DNA from: Azolla caroliniana | Taxonomy: Eukaryota; Plantae; Polypodiophyta | DNA: 64,000 nt | NCBI GenBank assembly: GCA_043228905.1 | Contig: JBHGNT010000016.1 | Location: 8,494,001 to 8,558,000, forward strand | Direction: 5' to 3' | Shown: one piece after another, positions 10,701 through 21,768 of the stretch | How the letters are laid out: each line of letters opens with the position of its first letter | Position numbering within the stretch: position 1 is the stretch's first letter | Translations under genes and position numbers: made by a program | The notes under the pieces: generated by a model | Databases searched by the model: none | What the model was told of the DNA's origin: nothing | What the model saw: only the letters and a program-made list of their open reading frames with translations

Positions 10701-12377
10701 TGGATAGAACCGTCAAGCTTCGCCCTGATTCCAGAAAGGTTTGCGACCCGACGAGGTTTTGACAGATACTTGGAAGCCTTATATACTTGACCATCACCCG
10801 ACCAGATCTTAACTACCTGGTCGGGGTGATTAGTCAATTCATGGCGCGACCAACCGAGGAGCATCTTCAGTGCGCACAAAGCGTACTCTGGTACATTAGT
10901 GGCACTAAGGACCGGGGGCTACTATATCGGATTGATATTGCCGCGCAATAGGTCGGTTACACTAATGTTGATTGGGCTGAAAACGCCAGCGATAGCCGAT
11001 CCACGTCCAGTTTCCTGTTCTCTCTTGGGAGTGCCACGATTACGTGGAGTAGCCAAAAGCAGCCGACAGTTGTGTTGTCGAGCACTGAAGCCGAGTATAG
11101 AGGAGCGGCTGTCGCGACATGCGAAGCCATATAGTTGAATCGGCTACTTAAGGATCTGCAGGTGGAGGTATCCAATCCAACGATAATCTACTACGACAAC
11201 CTCAGTAGCATCCAGCTAGCAAAGAACCCCGTCTTCCACATCTGGACTAAGCACATTGAGGTGCACTACCATTTCGTTCGTGAGTGTGTCCTCTCCGGTG
11301 AAATCGAACTTCAGTATGTTCTGACAGATCGGCAGACCGCCGACATCTTCACCAAGCCTCTTGGTCTTGACAAGTTGTGGCAATTCTCATGTGCGCTTGG
11401 GTTGCATCACCTCGATGTGCCGAACTTGAGGGGGAGAGACGTTCTGAATGACCATAGATGGGGGAGAGAAGTTCCAGAAGACCGCGACGCCGAGTTGGAT
11501 GACGAATTCGATTTCGGATCAGCTAAAGAAGCCGAGGGCGGATCTGTGGAAGGTTCCGAAAGTGGACATAAGGGGAGCAGTCAAAAGAAAGAGCCGAAGC
11601 CAGCCAAGCATGGGGGAGATGAAGCCATCAAGCGTGAGAAGACCGAAGACGAGTTGGAGAGAACCAACTCGGACGAAAGTGAAAACCAATCGGAGGAAGC
11701 CGAGTCGGTTCGGATGATTGATTCGGATACGCTGAATCAACTGAGGGCCAAGCAGAAGAGAAGGAAGCAGAAGAAGTGCTAACACCGTGATGGCAAGGGA
11801 GCTGAGAAGGGCTGCATGAGCACGCAAGCCGACTGGAAGGGTCGAGGCACGCGGAATCGAATAGGTCGAGGAGCGCAAGCAAGGCGTGAAGCAAGAAGGA
11901 ACTGGAGCGTAGATCCGGAAGAGTGGATGGAACCTCAAGTTGAGCTTGAGGGGGAGTGTTGAGATACAAGCTCAACATTGGCCGGATCGGCTGTGCAAGC
12001 CGAGAACCGGATCGGTTAGGCCGAACCGGTGCATAAACCGGTGCGCAGACCGATGCGCAACAAGAAGGCGTAGCGGTGCGTAAACCGCGAGGCCGTTGGA
12101 AAGATATTCCGAGTAGGAATATATTTTGGGAGTTAGTGTAGAGCTCACTTATGAGCATTGAAGTACGTGTCAGTACTTCTGTCAGTCTGTATGGACTTGT
12201 ATAAAAGTGCTCACTGAGCACATCCTATGTACAGATTTGAGTATTATTTTGAATTGAGTTTTGTGTGCATTCTCTCTCTGTTTGTCTCTCCCGCGTACTG
12301 TGAATATTCAAGCTCTCCATTAAACCTGCGTTTTTGTGTTTGGTTTTCTATTGCTTCCACACGCTATTCTTTTTACA
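7786..12377 (+). mobile_element. Degenerate Ty1/Copia element lacking its 5' LTR/PBS; 3' LTR 11957-12377
   Basis: gag (EKLDRNNYASWSYKMHQYLLVHGYW), zinc knuckle CWYCGKKGHKESEC, protease WYVDSGASNHM, integrase, RT ([18 protein letters not shown]), RNase H (TKHIEVHYHFVRE, ADIFTKPL); PPT GAGGGGGAG followed by TGTTGAGA. Many premature stops. Confidence 0.92.
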
Positions 12378-13352
12378 TAAAGGGTTGTTGTCGATTTTGG
12401 ATTTTCTAAATATTGGTTGAATTGATTATACTTGTGTGATCCACGATTTCCTATCTCTCTCTTCCAATCTATTGAAAGTTTGGGTTGATTTCTTGATATT
12501 CTTAATACTAATTATACTAACTCACTATACTTGTGAAATTCACGAGATTCCTACCTTTCCCTTTCATATTCTTATTAGTCTTAAAATTCTCCTCCTGCTA
12601 GTCCAAAGCCTAGACGGTTTCCACCCGACTCATGTAATGATCCAACATCGAAAGGCATGACACCAGAAGAACAAATCCCGTAGGTCACCATGGCGCCGAA
12701 CCCACCCTTGGATGCAGAACTAGATTCCCTCAGTGCCACGACGGAAGATATGACTGAAGGACCTAGGCAAGAAATGCCGCACGAAGAGCTGACACGAGAA
12801 GCTACGCACGAGGCAGAAGAGCAGCAAGTAGAACAGGCTCCAACCACCGCACCAGTAGAGGAAGGCCCGCAACAAGAACATGTGCAAGAGGCTGCACTAG
12901 AGACGACAGAACCCAATGGCCTCCCCGCACTAGAACTGACTGACTCTTGTATCTGTTTTCGTGTCGAGTTCACTTACTGTGTTGAGTCATATACGCTATG
13001 TATGTTGTGGCGTAAGGGGTCGGCTCTAACCATGTTCCTAATCTCCACAATCTCCATGATTAAGTTCACACTTACAACCTCAGGGTAGATGTTAAACACA
13101 GTGCTCGGCCACAACCGAGGAATAGGATCAACTCACAGAAAACAAGAAATACAAAATGCACGAAGACAATAGAGAGAAGAGTACACAGGATGTTTTACGT
13201 GGAAAACCCTAAATGGGAAAAACCACGGGAGTCCTCAAACTCCAACTATCACTATAAACAGAGATGTACAATGGTGAAGCTACAAGGCAACAACCTTGAG
13301 CTCACTGTCTTCGCCACAGGCGGCGGTAATACACAGAGGCAACGACCTCTTC

Positions 13353-13353
<1 letters not shown>

Positions 13354-13445
<92 letters not shown>
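13354..13445. repeat. (TC)46 microsatellite in the outer 3' LTR; (TC)13 in the 5' LTR at 23547-23572
   Basis: Direct count. Confidence 0.95.
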
Positions 13446-13447
<2 letters not shown>

Positions 13448-13565
13448 CTGCTCACTTAGCTTCCTCTAAGTGGAAAAACAAAAAAAATAAGTAACAGATG
13501 CAAAACTGTTTGCCCTAAGTCATATTTATACACATATGACTTTCGGGCTATTTACAAATATGGCC

Positions 13566-16239
13566 TCAAGGGCCCTTGGCAAACATATTCGCAAATATGT
13601 CCCCGCATCCGGATCTCTCTCCGGGTACATTCGTCATCCGGCTCCGTAGAGAGATGGGATGTCTCTCCAATCCGATCCTCTTCCGGCATGCTTCCAGCTT
13701 GTCGGGTGTGAGCACCTTGGTCAGCATATCCGACCCGTTCTCGTCCGTGTGGATCTTTGTCAGCACGAACTCCTTGTCTTCTATCCTTTCCCGGATCCAG
13801 TGATATCTTCGCTGGATGTGCTTCGTCCGGGAGTGATAGGCCGCGTTCTTCGCAAGGTGGATGGCACTCTGACTGTCGCAGTAGAGTCGGTACTCCTCCT
13901 GCCGGATACCGAGCTCTCTAATGAAGTCCTTCATCCATATTATTTCCTTGCCGGCTTCAACAACCGCCATGTACTCCGCCTCCGTGGTTGACAACGCAAC
14001 CGTCTTCTGCAGCCTCGACTGCCACGAAACAGCTCCCCCTGCATACGTCATCACATACCCTGATGTGGACCGGCTGGTATCTGCATCAGCCGACATATCC
14101 GAATCGGTAAACCCGTCGAGTTCGGGCTTACCGGAGCCGAATCGGAGGCACACGTTTGCCGTGCCCTTCAGGTATCGGAGTATCCACTTGGCCGCGTTCC
14201 AGTGCTCTTTGCCGGGATTGCTCATGTACCGGCTCACCACTCCAACTGCATATCCTATGTCCGGTCTTGTACACACCATTGCGTACATCAAGCTTCCGAT
14301 GGCAGAGGCATATGGTACTTTCATCATGTCCTCCTTCTCAGCCTTTGTCTTGGGGCTTTGCTTGCTGGACAACTTGCAGTTTGCCGGGAGGGTTGACCCG
14401 ACCGGTCTTGCTTCCGACATGTTGAACCGGTGAAGCACCTTTGTCACGTACTTCTCCTGTGACATCCACAACTGCTTCTTCTTCCGGTCCCGGATGATGT
14501 GCATCCCTAGTATTTGCCTCGCCGGACCCAGGTCCTTCATTGAGAAGGTTCGGTGAAGCGCTTTCTTCAGCATCCGTATCTTGACCTGGTCCCGTCCGAC
14601 GATCAACATGTCATCCACGTACAGGAGGAGTATTAGAGAGTCTCCTCCTTTGAACTTCTTCACAAACACGCAGTGATCGGACTGCGTTTTGTGGTACCCT
14701 TCGTCGGTCATGAAGGAGTCGAACTTCCGGTACCACTGCCGGGGAGCTTGCTTCAGTCCGTAAAGGCTCTTCTTCAACCGGCATACCAGGTGCTCCTTCC
14801 CTTTCTTCTCGAATCCTTCCGGTTGCTGCATGTAGATCTCTTCTTCAAGGTCACCGTGAAGGAATGCCGTCTTCACGTCCATCTGTTCTACCTCGAGGTC
14901 CATGCTTGCCGCTATGCTCAGCACCGTCCGGATGGAGGTCATCTTCACTACCGGGGCAAATATCTCGTCGAAGTCGACGCCCTTCTTCTGCTGGAACCCC
15001 TTCACCACGATCTTGGCTTTGTATCTCGGGGGGTTTCCGGCATCTCCCGGTTTCAGCTTGAACACCCACTTGTTTCGAAGTGCCCGCTTTCCTTTCGGCA
15101 ACTCCACAAGTTCATATGTGTGGTTCTCATGCAGGGAATCCATCTCCTCCTGCATGGCACTTAACCACCTACGGCTATGGGTGTCAAGCTTTGCTTCTTC
15201 AAAACTCTCCGGCTCCCCCTCGTCGGTTAGCAGCACGTGCTCTGGTTCCGGAAAGCTCCGGGGGGCCCTTCTCTCTCTTAGAGGATATCTCCGTTCCGGA
15301 GCTTCGGTAACCGGCTCCTCCGTTTCCTCTTCATCCGAATCCATTCCGGGATCGGGGCCGGTTCCGGTATCAGTTTCATCTTCCTCGGCCGGTTCTGTTT
15401 CTTCACCGTCTTCGGCCGGATCCTCGAGTGCTAACCGATCCCTTGCCGGTCGGGACTGCTCCTCGTAGAGTTGATCCTCACCGGTCGACTTGGAGCTCTT
15501 CATCTTCTTCTCCGACTCCCAGTCGGCGAGTGTCTTGTCCTCCATGAAGATGATATCACGACTCCGGAATATCTTTTTGTCGACCGGGTCCCATACTCGG
15601 TAGCCGAACTCGTCATCGCCGTAGCCGAGGAATATGCATGGCCGGGTCTTTGGATCTAGCTTTGCTCTCCGGTCCTTTGCCACATGCACATATGCGAGGC
15701 ACCCGAACACCTTCAGATGCCGGTAGGATACTTCCCTTCCGGTCCACACTCTCTGCGGCGTGTCTCCGTCCAAAGGTACTGAGGATGATCTGTTTATCAC
15801 GTATGTCGCCGTCGACATTGCCTCAGCCCAAAACCCCTTGGGTAATTTTGCATGCGCCAGCATACTCCGGACCCTCTCCATTATGGTCCGGTTCATCCTC
15901 TCGGCCAGCCCGTTCAGTTCCGGCGTCTTTGGCACAGTAAACTCGAGCAGGATTCCCATCGAACGGCAATACTCCTCAAATTGCCCTCGGTATTCTCCTC
16001 CGTTATCCGCTCGTAGTGCTTTCAGCTTCTTGCTGGATTCTCTTTCCACTCTCGCGTGGAGTTCTTTGAAGACGGACAATACTTGGTCCTTTGTCTTCAA
16101 CGGTGCCGTCCACAGCTTCCGGCTATGGTCATCTATGAATGTTACGAAGTACTGGGCTCCGCCATGTGACTTCGTTTCTACCTGACACACATCAGTGTGT
16201 ACCAACTCCAATGGTACACTACGTCTCATCGATGGTCTT
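13566..16239 (-). CDS. Outer Copia pol, C-terminal part (integrase, RT, RNase H)
   Basis: LELVHTDVC, LRADNGGEY, QMDVKTAFLHG, LYVDDML, RTKHIQRRYHWIRE, SDMLTK. The ORF is open and runs into the truncated LTR. Confidence 0.9.
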
Positions 16240-19200
16240 TGTTGGAGAGACAAGGCCGTGTCGATGCGGAAGATCAAATAGCATTCGATTCGAGTTGAGT
16301 ACCTGCGTATGACAGTCTTTGCAAGATCGTGCACAGAGAGAGAGAGAGAGAGAGAGAGGGCGCAAAAGACTCTTTCTATTCCATAGAAAACAATAATACA
16401 ACCAACCTTACAAAAAGGTTACTAGGTCACTTTATGTAGTGACCGACTTAGGGCAACTACCATTTATGCTAATTACACAAATGGCCCAAACTTGAGCTAT
16501 ACAAAAGGGATAGTGTGAATACGTCCATTATACACTTGTATTCGACACTCCCCCGTAATGGGCGTATACATGGGTTATCTAAGATTACAGGTATAAACCT
16601 AGGTTCTCGGACATATCAGTTTTTGTTCGAGTCGGCAGGGTCCGAAGGCAGAAGACCGAACTGGTTGGGTCGGAAGAGTTGAAGCCGATCATTAGGGAAC
16701 TGATGTCGGTTGTCCGAAACCATCCTGCGCTGTGTCCGGCTCTAACCGGACTGGTTTGTCGTTACGCCCATCTGATGCCGAAGGGACCGAAAGCGGTCTG
16801 CCGAAAGACACTTGGTCATTCCATCTGCGACATTGTCGGTTGTGGATATTTTCTCTAGACCGATTTTCCCTGAAATGACGCAGTCCCGAACGAAGTGATA
16901 TCGAACGTCGATATGTTTGGAGGCGTTGTGGTGAACCGGATTTCTCGACAAGGCAACAGCACCTTGACTGTCGCTATAGACAACTGGAGCCGAGTCATGG
17001 TCGACTTGTCGAAACGTGTGCGCCAGCCGGCCGAGCCACAAAGCTTCTTTTGCAGCGTCGGACGCAGCTACATATTCTGCTTCGGTCGTTGAGGTCGCTG
17101 TGCACTCCTGAAGTTTCGACTTCCACGAAATTGCTCCATTGCCGAATTTGAAGCAGTATCCAGTTGTTGATTTCCGACTGTCTATACAGCCGGCGAAGTC
17201 CGAGTCGGTGTAACCGACTACGCCTGAGGTTGAGTTCGGACCGAAAAGAATGCCGTGATCTTTTGTGCCAGCCAGATATTTGAACACATGCTTGACTGCG
17301 TTCCAATGCGATCGGCCAGGATTGTGCATAAATCTGCTAACGACTCCTACGGCATGAGAGATATCAGGCCGTGTCACGACCATCAGGTACATAAGGGAGC
17401 CGACTGCCGGTGCATACGGTACCGACTTCATATCTTCCCCCTCCGGACCGGATGTCGGGCAGTCTCGCTGAGAGAGCCGAAGATTCATGGGGAGCGGGGT
17501 TGAAGCAGATTTGGCTGATTGCATGTTGAAGCGTTCCAAGACACGTCCGATATAGTCGGTCTGAGACAAAAAAAGATGTCGTTTATCGCGATGCCGACTA
17601 ATCTTCATGCCAAGTATGTGTCGTGCCGGACCGAGGTCCTTCATGGCAAACTTCAACCGCAGTTGCCGAATGAGATCGGCAAGTTCGCCCGCGTGGCGTC
17701 CAGAAATTAGCATGTCGTCCACGTAAATGATGAGGAAGATGGGTGATCCATCTTGAGTTGTGTTGGTAAAAAGACAATGGTCCTCATCGCTTTTTGAGAA
17801 GCCGATCGATTGGATGAAGTCGTCGAACTTCTTGTACCATTGTCGCGGTGCCTGTTTGAGGCCGTATAGACTCTTCCTGAGTCGGCAGACTAGATGTTCT
17901 TGGCCAGTTGCCACGAAGCCTTTTGGCTGCTCCATATAAATTTCCTCTTCAAGATCACCATGGAGGAAGGCTGTTTTGACATCTAGCTGAATCAGCTCCA
18001 AGTTGTCGGCTGCCACTACGCCGAGTAGAAAACGAAGGGTTGTCATTTTTACCACTGGTGAAAAAATCTCGTCGAAGTCGACGCCATATTCTTGTCGGAA
18101 GCCCTTCGCAACTAATCTGGCCTTGTACTTTGGGGTGGTCGAATCAGACGTCTCTTTTAGTCGATAGACCCACTTGCAAGGAAGAGCACGTCGATTCTTA
18201 GGTAATTCGACCAGATCCCAAGTCTTGTTTGTCCGAATGGAGTGCATTTCCGACTCCATCGCCAGATGCCAGGTGGCTGAATCGACAGATGTCGATGCTT
18301 CTTCGTAAGACGTCGGTTCGCCGGCGTCGATGAAGAAAATTCCAGGAGAATACCTCTCCGGAGGTTGCGACAGTCTTTCGGATCGTCGAGGTATGATTGG
18401 ACTGGTCGTATCGGGTATCGAGGTCGGATGGTCCGAAAGCGAATTATTCTGTTGTGCCGAGTCAGAGTTGTCCGAGTCGGTAGTGGAAGGTTCAGCTACC
18501 CGTGAAGCTGACCGTGTGTTAAGAGCGGGGCCTTCTTGAAGGGTCGGCACATCGGAAAATGTTACCCTTCGGACTTCAATCGGTGTTTTGACTGATGGAT
18601 TCATAGCCGACTCGTTGAACACAACGTCCGAACTTCGAACGATTTGTCTGCGTTCGGGGTCCCAGAGTCGGTATCCCATTTCGCCGTCTGATCCATATCC
18701 AAGGAAAATGCATTTCCTGGACCGAGGTGCAAGTTTTCGGCGATCATCTTTCGGAATAAGGGCGTACGCCTCGCATCCGAAGATCCTCAGCTTGTCGTAA
18801 TTCGGCTTACTGCCGATCCATAGTTCTTGAGGAATTTGAAGTCCTAGAGGTCTGCTTGGCGACATATTGATTATGTGTACTGCCGTGAGTAGAGCCTCTG
18901 CCCAGAAGCCATCCGACAGTCCGGAGTGTTGGAGCATGGAAACTATCCGTTCTTGGATTGTCCGATTCATGCGTTCTGCAATCCCGTTTTGCTCCGGACT
19001 GTGTGGTGCCGTAAATTCACGTCGGATGCCGCGTTGTCGGCAGAATTTGACGAATTCTTCTGATTTGAACTCTCCCCCATTGTCGGTCCGAAAGCATTTC
19101 AGTTTTCGGTCGGTTTGATTTTCTACCATAGCGAGCCAATCGGAGAAGACCGAGAAGACGCGATCTTTGGTGCGAATTGGATAAGCCCACACCTTTCGAG

Positions 19201-21768
19201 TCGAATCGTCAATAAAACTGACGAAGTAAGAGGCACCACCGAGAGACTGATGCGGCATTGGGCCACAGACGTCCGAGTGGACTAAATCGAGAGGTCTCGT
19301 TTCTCTTGGTGCTGATGTCGGGTGTGATGCGGCTGCTTGTTTGCCATACTGGCAATGTTCGCAGAATTGATGGTCCGAGAAGGAGAGTTTAGGGATGTAT
19401 CCGGCTCTAGATAGGTGCGTAATGCCGGCCTTGCTGAGGTGTCCTAATCTTCTGTGCCATAGTGATGACACAGGAATATCCACCAAAAACAGGTTACCCT
19501 CTCTGAGCGTAACATGTAACGGATACAGTGAGTGTATCTTGGGTCCTCTAGCAAGCAGGAGGTTCCCCCTGTGGAGTGTCCACCCTCCCGAAGAAAAACC
19601 GGCACGAATGCCGTCTTCATCTAGTTGTCCGACTGAGATCAATGGCCTTGAGAGTTCGGGTACATGTCGAACATTGTGAAGTACAAGTGTAGAGCCACCT
19701 GCAAGGTTGAGCTCTACTGTGCCGATTCCAATGATGTCACAGTGTTGCGAGTTGCCGACTCGAACTGAGTCGGAGTGACGGATCGTATATTGCCGAAATT
19801 GGGATCGATGAGGAGTCACGTGAAATGACGCGCCCGAATCTAAGAGCCATGTGCTCGATTCTTCAGTCGTGAGCAGAACTTCTGATCCGACTGGATTTTC
19901 GATTGATAGTATATTCGGGTCGTTTGGTAGCACATCAGCTGAGAAGCTGATGTAATTGATCTCCTCATGCCGGCCACTCTTCTTATCTGATTTCTGAGAC
20001 TTGTCGTTCTTGTTCTTGAGTGCGCGGCAGTCGGCTTTGATGTGTCCGGGTTTCTTGCAGTAGTTGCAGATTCGATTATCCCGTGACTGGCTCCGTCTTC
20101 GCTGATTGTTCGGCTGCCGTGAGGAATCTCTTCCTCGTATGTTCGATCGGTCTGTCGAACCTTGTACTACATAGGCGTCGTCTGTTGAGTCTTTGGCGAA
20201 AGACTTTCTCCGAGCTGCTTCGGTCAGAATTGCGCTCGTGACTTCGGAGTATTTAACAGCCGTGGTTGACGCGTTGCACACGGTTGTGACGAAAGTTTCC
20301 CATGATGAGGGAAGGTTGCTCATGAGTATCATTGCTCTGAGTTCATCCTCGATTGCCGTCCCCTGAGATGAGATTTGGGAGCTTATGCTTTCGTACTCAT
20401 TGAGATGTGGTTGAACCGAATCTGATTCTTTCATCCTCAAGTTGTAGAGGCGCCGGATCAGGAACATCTTCGTTGCAGCGACCTTCTTTTCGTAGGTGTC
20501 CGACAGTGTTTTCCACAGTTCGAATGCTGTCGAACACGATTGCACCGTAAAGTATACCGATTCCGATAGGTGCATCCGAATCGTGGCGCGGACGATTCTG
20601 TCCAGCTTCTGCCACTCGATTGGTTTGTATCCTTCTGGAGGTTCTTCATTTTCGATGGGATCGATTTGCCCCTTGACTATGAGATAGTCCTGCATTTGCT
20701 CCTTCCAGAAGTTGAAGTTCGATCCATCGAACTTTCGTAGACTCATTTCTGACGAGCCGGATGTTGATGCCATCAAATTTGGTTTCGGTTGACGAAGCTC
20801 GGTTCGGTGTTGACTACGAACCTTGTTGGAGTGCAGCCGGTTGGCTCACCCGATATCGTTCTAGTCGGATTTGAACCCGAGTCGGTTCGGCTTCGGATAT
20901 ATGTATTGTTGAACTTGCTCGAATTGACTCCTGTAACTTGAGGGACAGAACCGACTGGTCTTCCCGAATGTTGCCGAGTCGGAGTGAGCCCGGTTCGCTT
21001 CCGAATATATATGCCAAATACCGATTATTGAAACCGATTGTCTGGACCGATTCTGCTTCGGGTGACTGCAGCGACGAGAGAGACGGATCCAACTGATCCT
21101 CCCGAATGTCGATCAGTCGGATGAAGCACGAATTGGGGTTGTTGTCTTGAGACCGATCTGCACCGAGTGGTTACAATGAGCGGCGAGCAGCGTTTGATGA
21201 CCTCTTCGGATGCCGTTTAACCGAGTGGAGCACGATCGTGTCAATGTTGCACAAGGGGATTTCACCTCGAGCGGTTACGATCACAAGGAACAGAGTACAA
21301 CCTGCTGGCTTACTCCAAGCAAAGATGATCTAACACGATGAGATGCAAGCCTCGTTTTTCTTCTTCTTCTCCCTTCTTCGAATGACGCAAGAAACCGAAC
21401 GCTGTGCAGGCTGAGACGACAGCCGACAGCGGGTTGAGGAACCTTCGCTCTGATACCAAATGTTGGAGAGACAAGGCCGTGTCGATGCAGAAGATCAAAT
21501 AGCATTCGATTCGAGTTGAGTACCTGCGTATGACAGTCTTTGCAAGATCGTGCACAGAGAGAGAGAGAGAGAGAGAGAGGGCGCAAAAGACTCTTTCTAT
21601 TCCATAGAAAACAATAATACAACCAACCTTACAAAAAGGTTACTAGGTCACTTTATGTAGTGACCGACTTAGGGCAACTACCATTTATGCTAATTACACA
21701 AATGGCCCAAACTTGAGCTATACAAAAGGGATAGTGTGAATACGTCCATTATACACTTGTATTCGACA
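16240..21768 (-). mobile_element. Intact, very young Ty1/Copia LTR retrotransposon (5529 bp)
   Basis: TSD GTCTT (16235-16239 / 21769-21773); 308-bp LTRs at 16240-16547 and 21461-21768 with one visible mismatch; PBS tRNA-iMet 21447-21458; PPT ACGGGGGAG 16548-16556. Confidence 0.98.
16742..20776 (-). CDS. Copia gag-pol polyprotein, 1344 aa, intact
   Basis: Uninterrupted ORF: gag, CNYCKKPGHIKADC, WLLDSGASFH, LVHSDVCGP, RTDNGGEF, QLDVKTAFLHG, IYVDDML, KHIDVRYHFVRD, ADGMTK. Confidence 0.97.
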   Translation of the reverse strand: MMASTSGSSEMSLRKFDGSNFNFWKEQMQDYLIVKGQIDPIENEEPPEGYKPIEWQKLDRIVRATIRMHLSESVYFTVQSCSTAFELWKTLSDTYEKKVAATKMFLIRRLYNLRMKESDSVQPHLNEYESISSQISSQGTAIEDELRAMILMSNLPSSWETFVTTVCNASTTAVKYSEVTSAILTEAARRKSFAKDSTDDAYVVQGSTDRSNIRGRDSSRQPNNQRRRSQSRDNRICNYCKKPGHIKADCRALKNKNDKSQKSDKKSGRHEEINYISFSADVLPNDPNILSIENPVGSEVLLTTEESSTWLLDSGASFHVTPHRSQFRQYTIRHSDSVRVGNSQHCDIIGIGTVELNLAGGSTLVLHNVRHVPELSRPLISVGQLDEDGIRAGFSSGGWTLHRGNLLLARGPKIHSLYPLHVTLREGNLFLVDIPVSSLWHRRLGHLSKAGITHLSRAGYIPKLSFSDHQFCEHCQYGKQAAASHPTSAPRETRPLDLVHSDVCGPMPHQSLGGASYFVSFIDDSTRKVWAYPIRTKDRVFSVFSDWLAMVENQTDRKLKCFRTDNGGEFKSEEFVKFCRQRGIRREFTAPHSPEQNGIAERMNRTIQERIVSMLQHSGLSDGFWAEALLTAVHIINMSPSRPLGLQIPQELWIGSKPNYDKLRIFGCEAYALIPKDDRRKLAPRSRKCIFLGYGSDGEMGYRLWDPERRQIVRSSDVVFNESAMNPSVKTPIEVRRVTFSDVPTLQEGPALNTRSASRVAEPSTTDSDNSDSAQQNNSLSDHPTSIPDTTSPIIPRRSERLSQPPERYSPGIFFIDAGEPTSYEEASTSVDSATWHLAMESEMHSIRTNKTWDLVELPKNRRALPCKWVYRLKETSDSTTPKYKARLVAKGFRQEYGVDFDEIFSPVVKMTTLRFLLGVVAADNLELIQLDVKTAFLHGDLEEEIYMEQPKGFVATGQEHLVCRLRKSLYGLKQAPRQWYKKFDDFIQSIGFSKSDEDHCLFTNTTQDGSPIFLIIYVDDMLISGRHAGELADLIRQLRLKFAMKDLGPARHILGMKISRHRDKRHLFLSQTDYIGRVLERFNMQSAKSASTPLPMNLRLSQRDCPTSGPEGEDMKSVPYAPAVGSLMYLMVVTRPDISHAVGVVSRFMHNPGRSHWNAVKHVFKYLAGTKDHGILFGPNSTSGVVGYTDSDFAGCIDSRKSTTGYCFKFGNGAISWKSKLQECTATSTTEAEYVAASDAAKEALWLGRLAHTFRQVDHDSAPVVYSDSQGAVALSRNPVHHNASKHIDVRYHFVRDCVISGKIGLEKISTTDNVADGMTKCLSADRFRSLRHQMGVTTNQSG

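Larger units (their letters stand above)
5353..12662 (+). mobile_element. Gypsy 3' LTR split by insertions: 5' part 5353-~5545, 3' part ~12378-12662
   Basis: Both pieces align with the reverse complement of the solo LTR 61312-62033 (start TGTCGTAGTGTA...CACTACGT; end CACCCGACTCA...CGAAAGGCA(C/T)GACA). Confidence 0.7.

Noticed and set aside
12690-13088. Acidic 132-aa ORF as a host gene
   Set aside because: It is low complexity, lies between TE insertions and has no recognisable domain or exon structure. It is probably an accessory region of another retroelement.
13566-16334. 922-aa ORF as an independent gene
   Set aside because: The first ~32 codons come from the inner LTR; the rest is the interrupted pol of the outer Copia.
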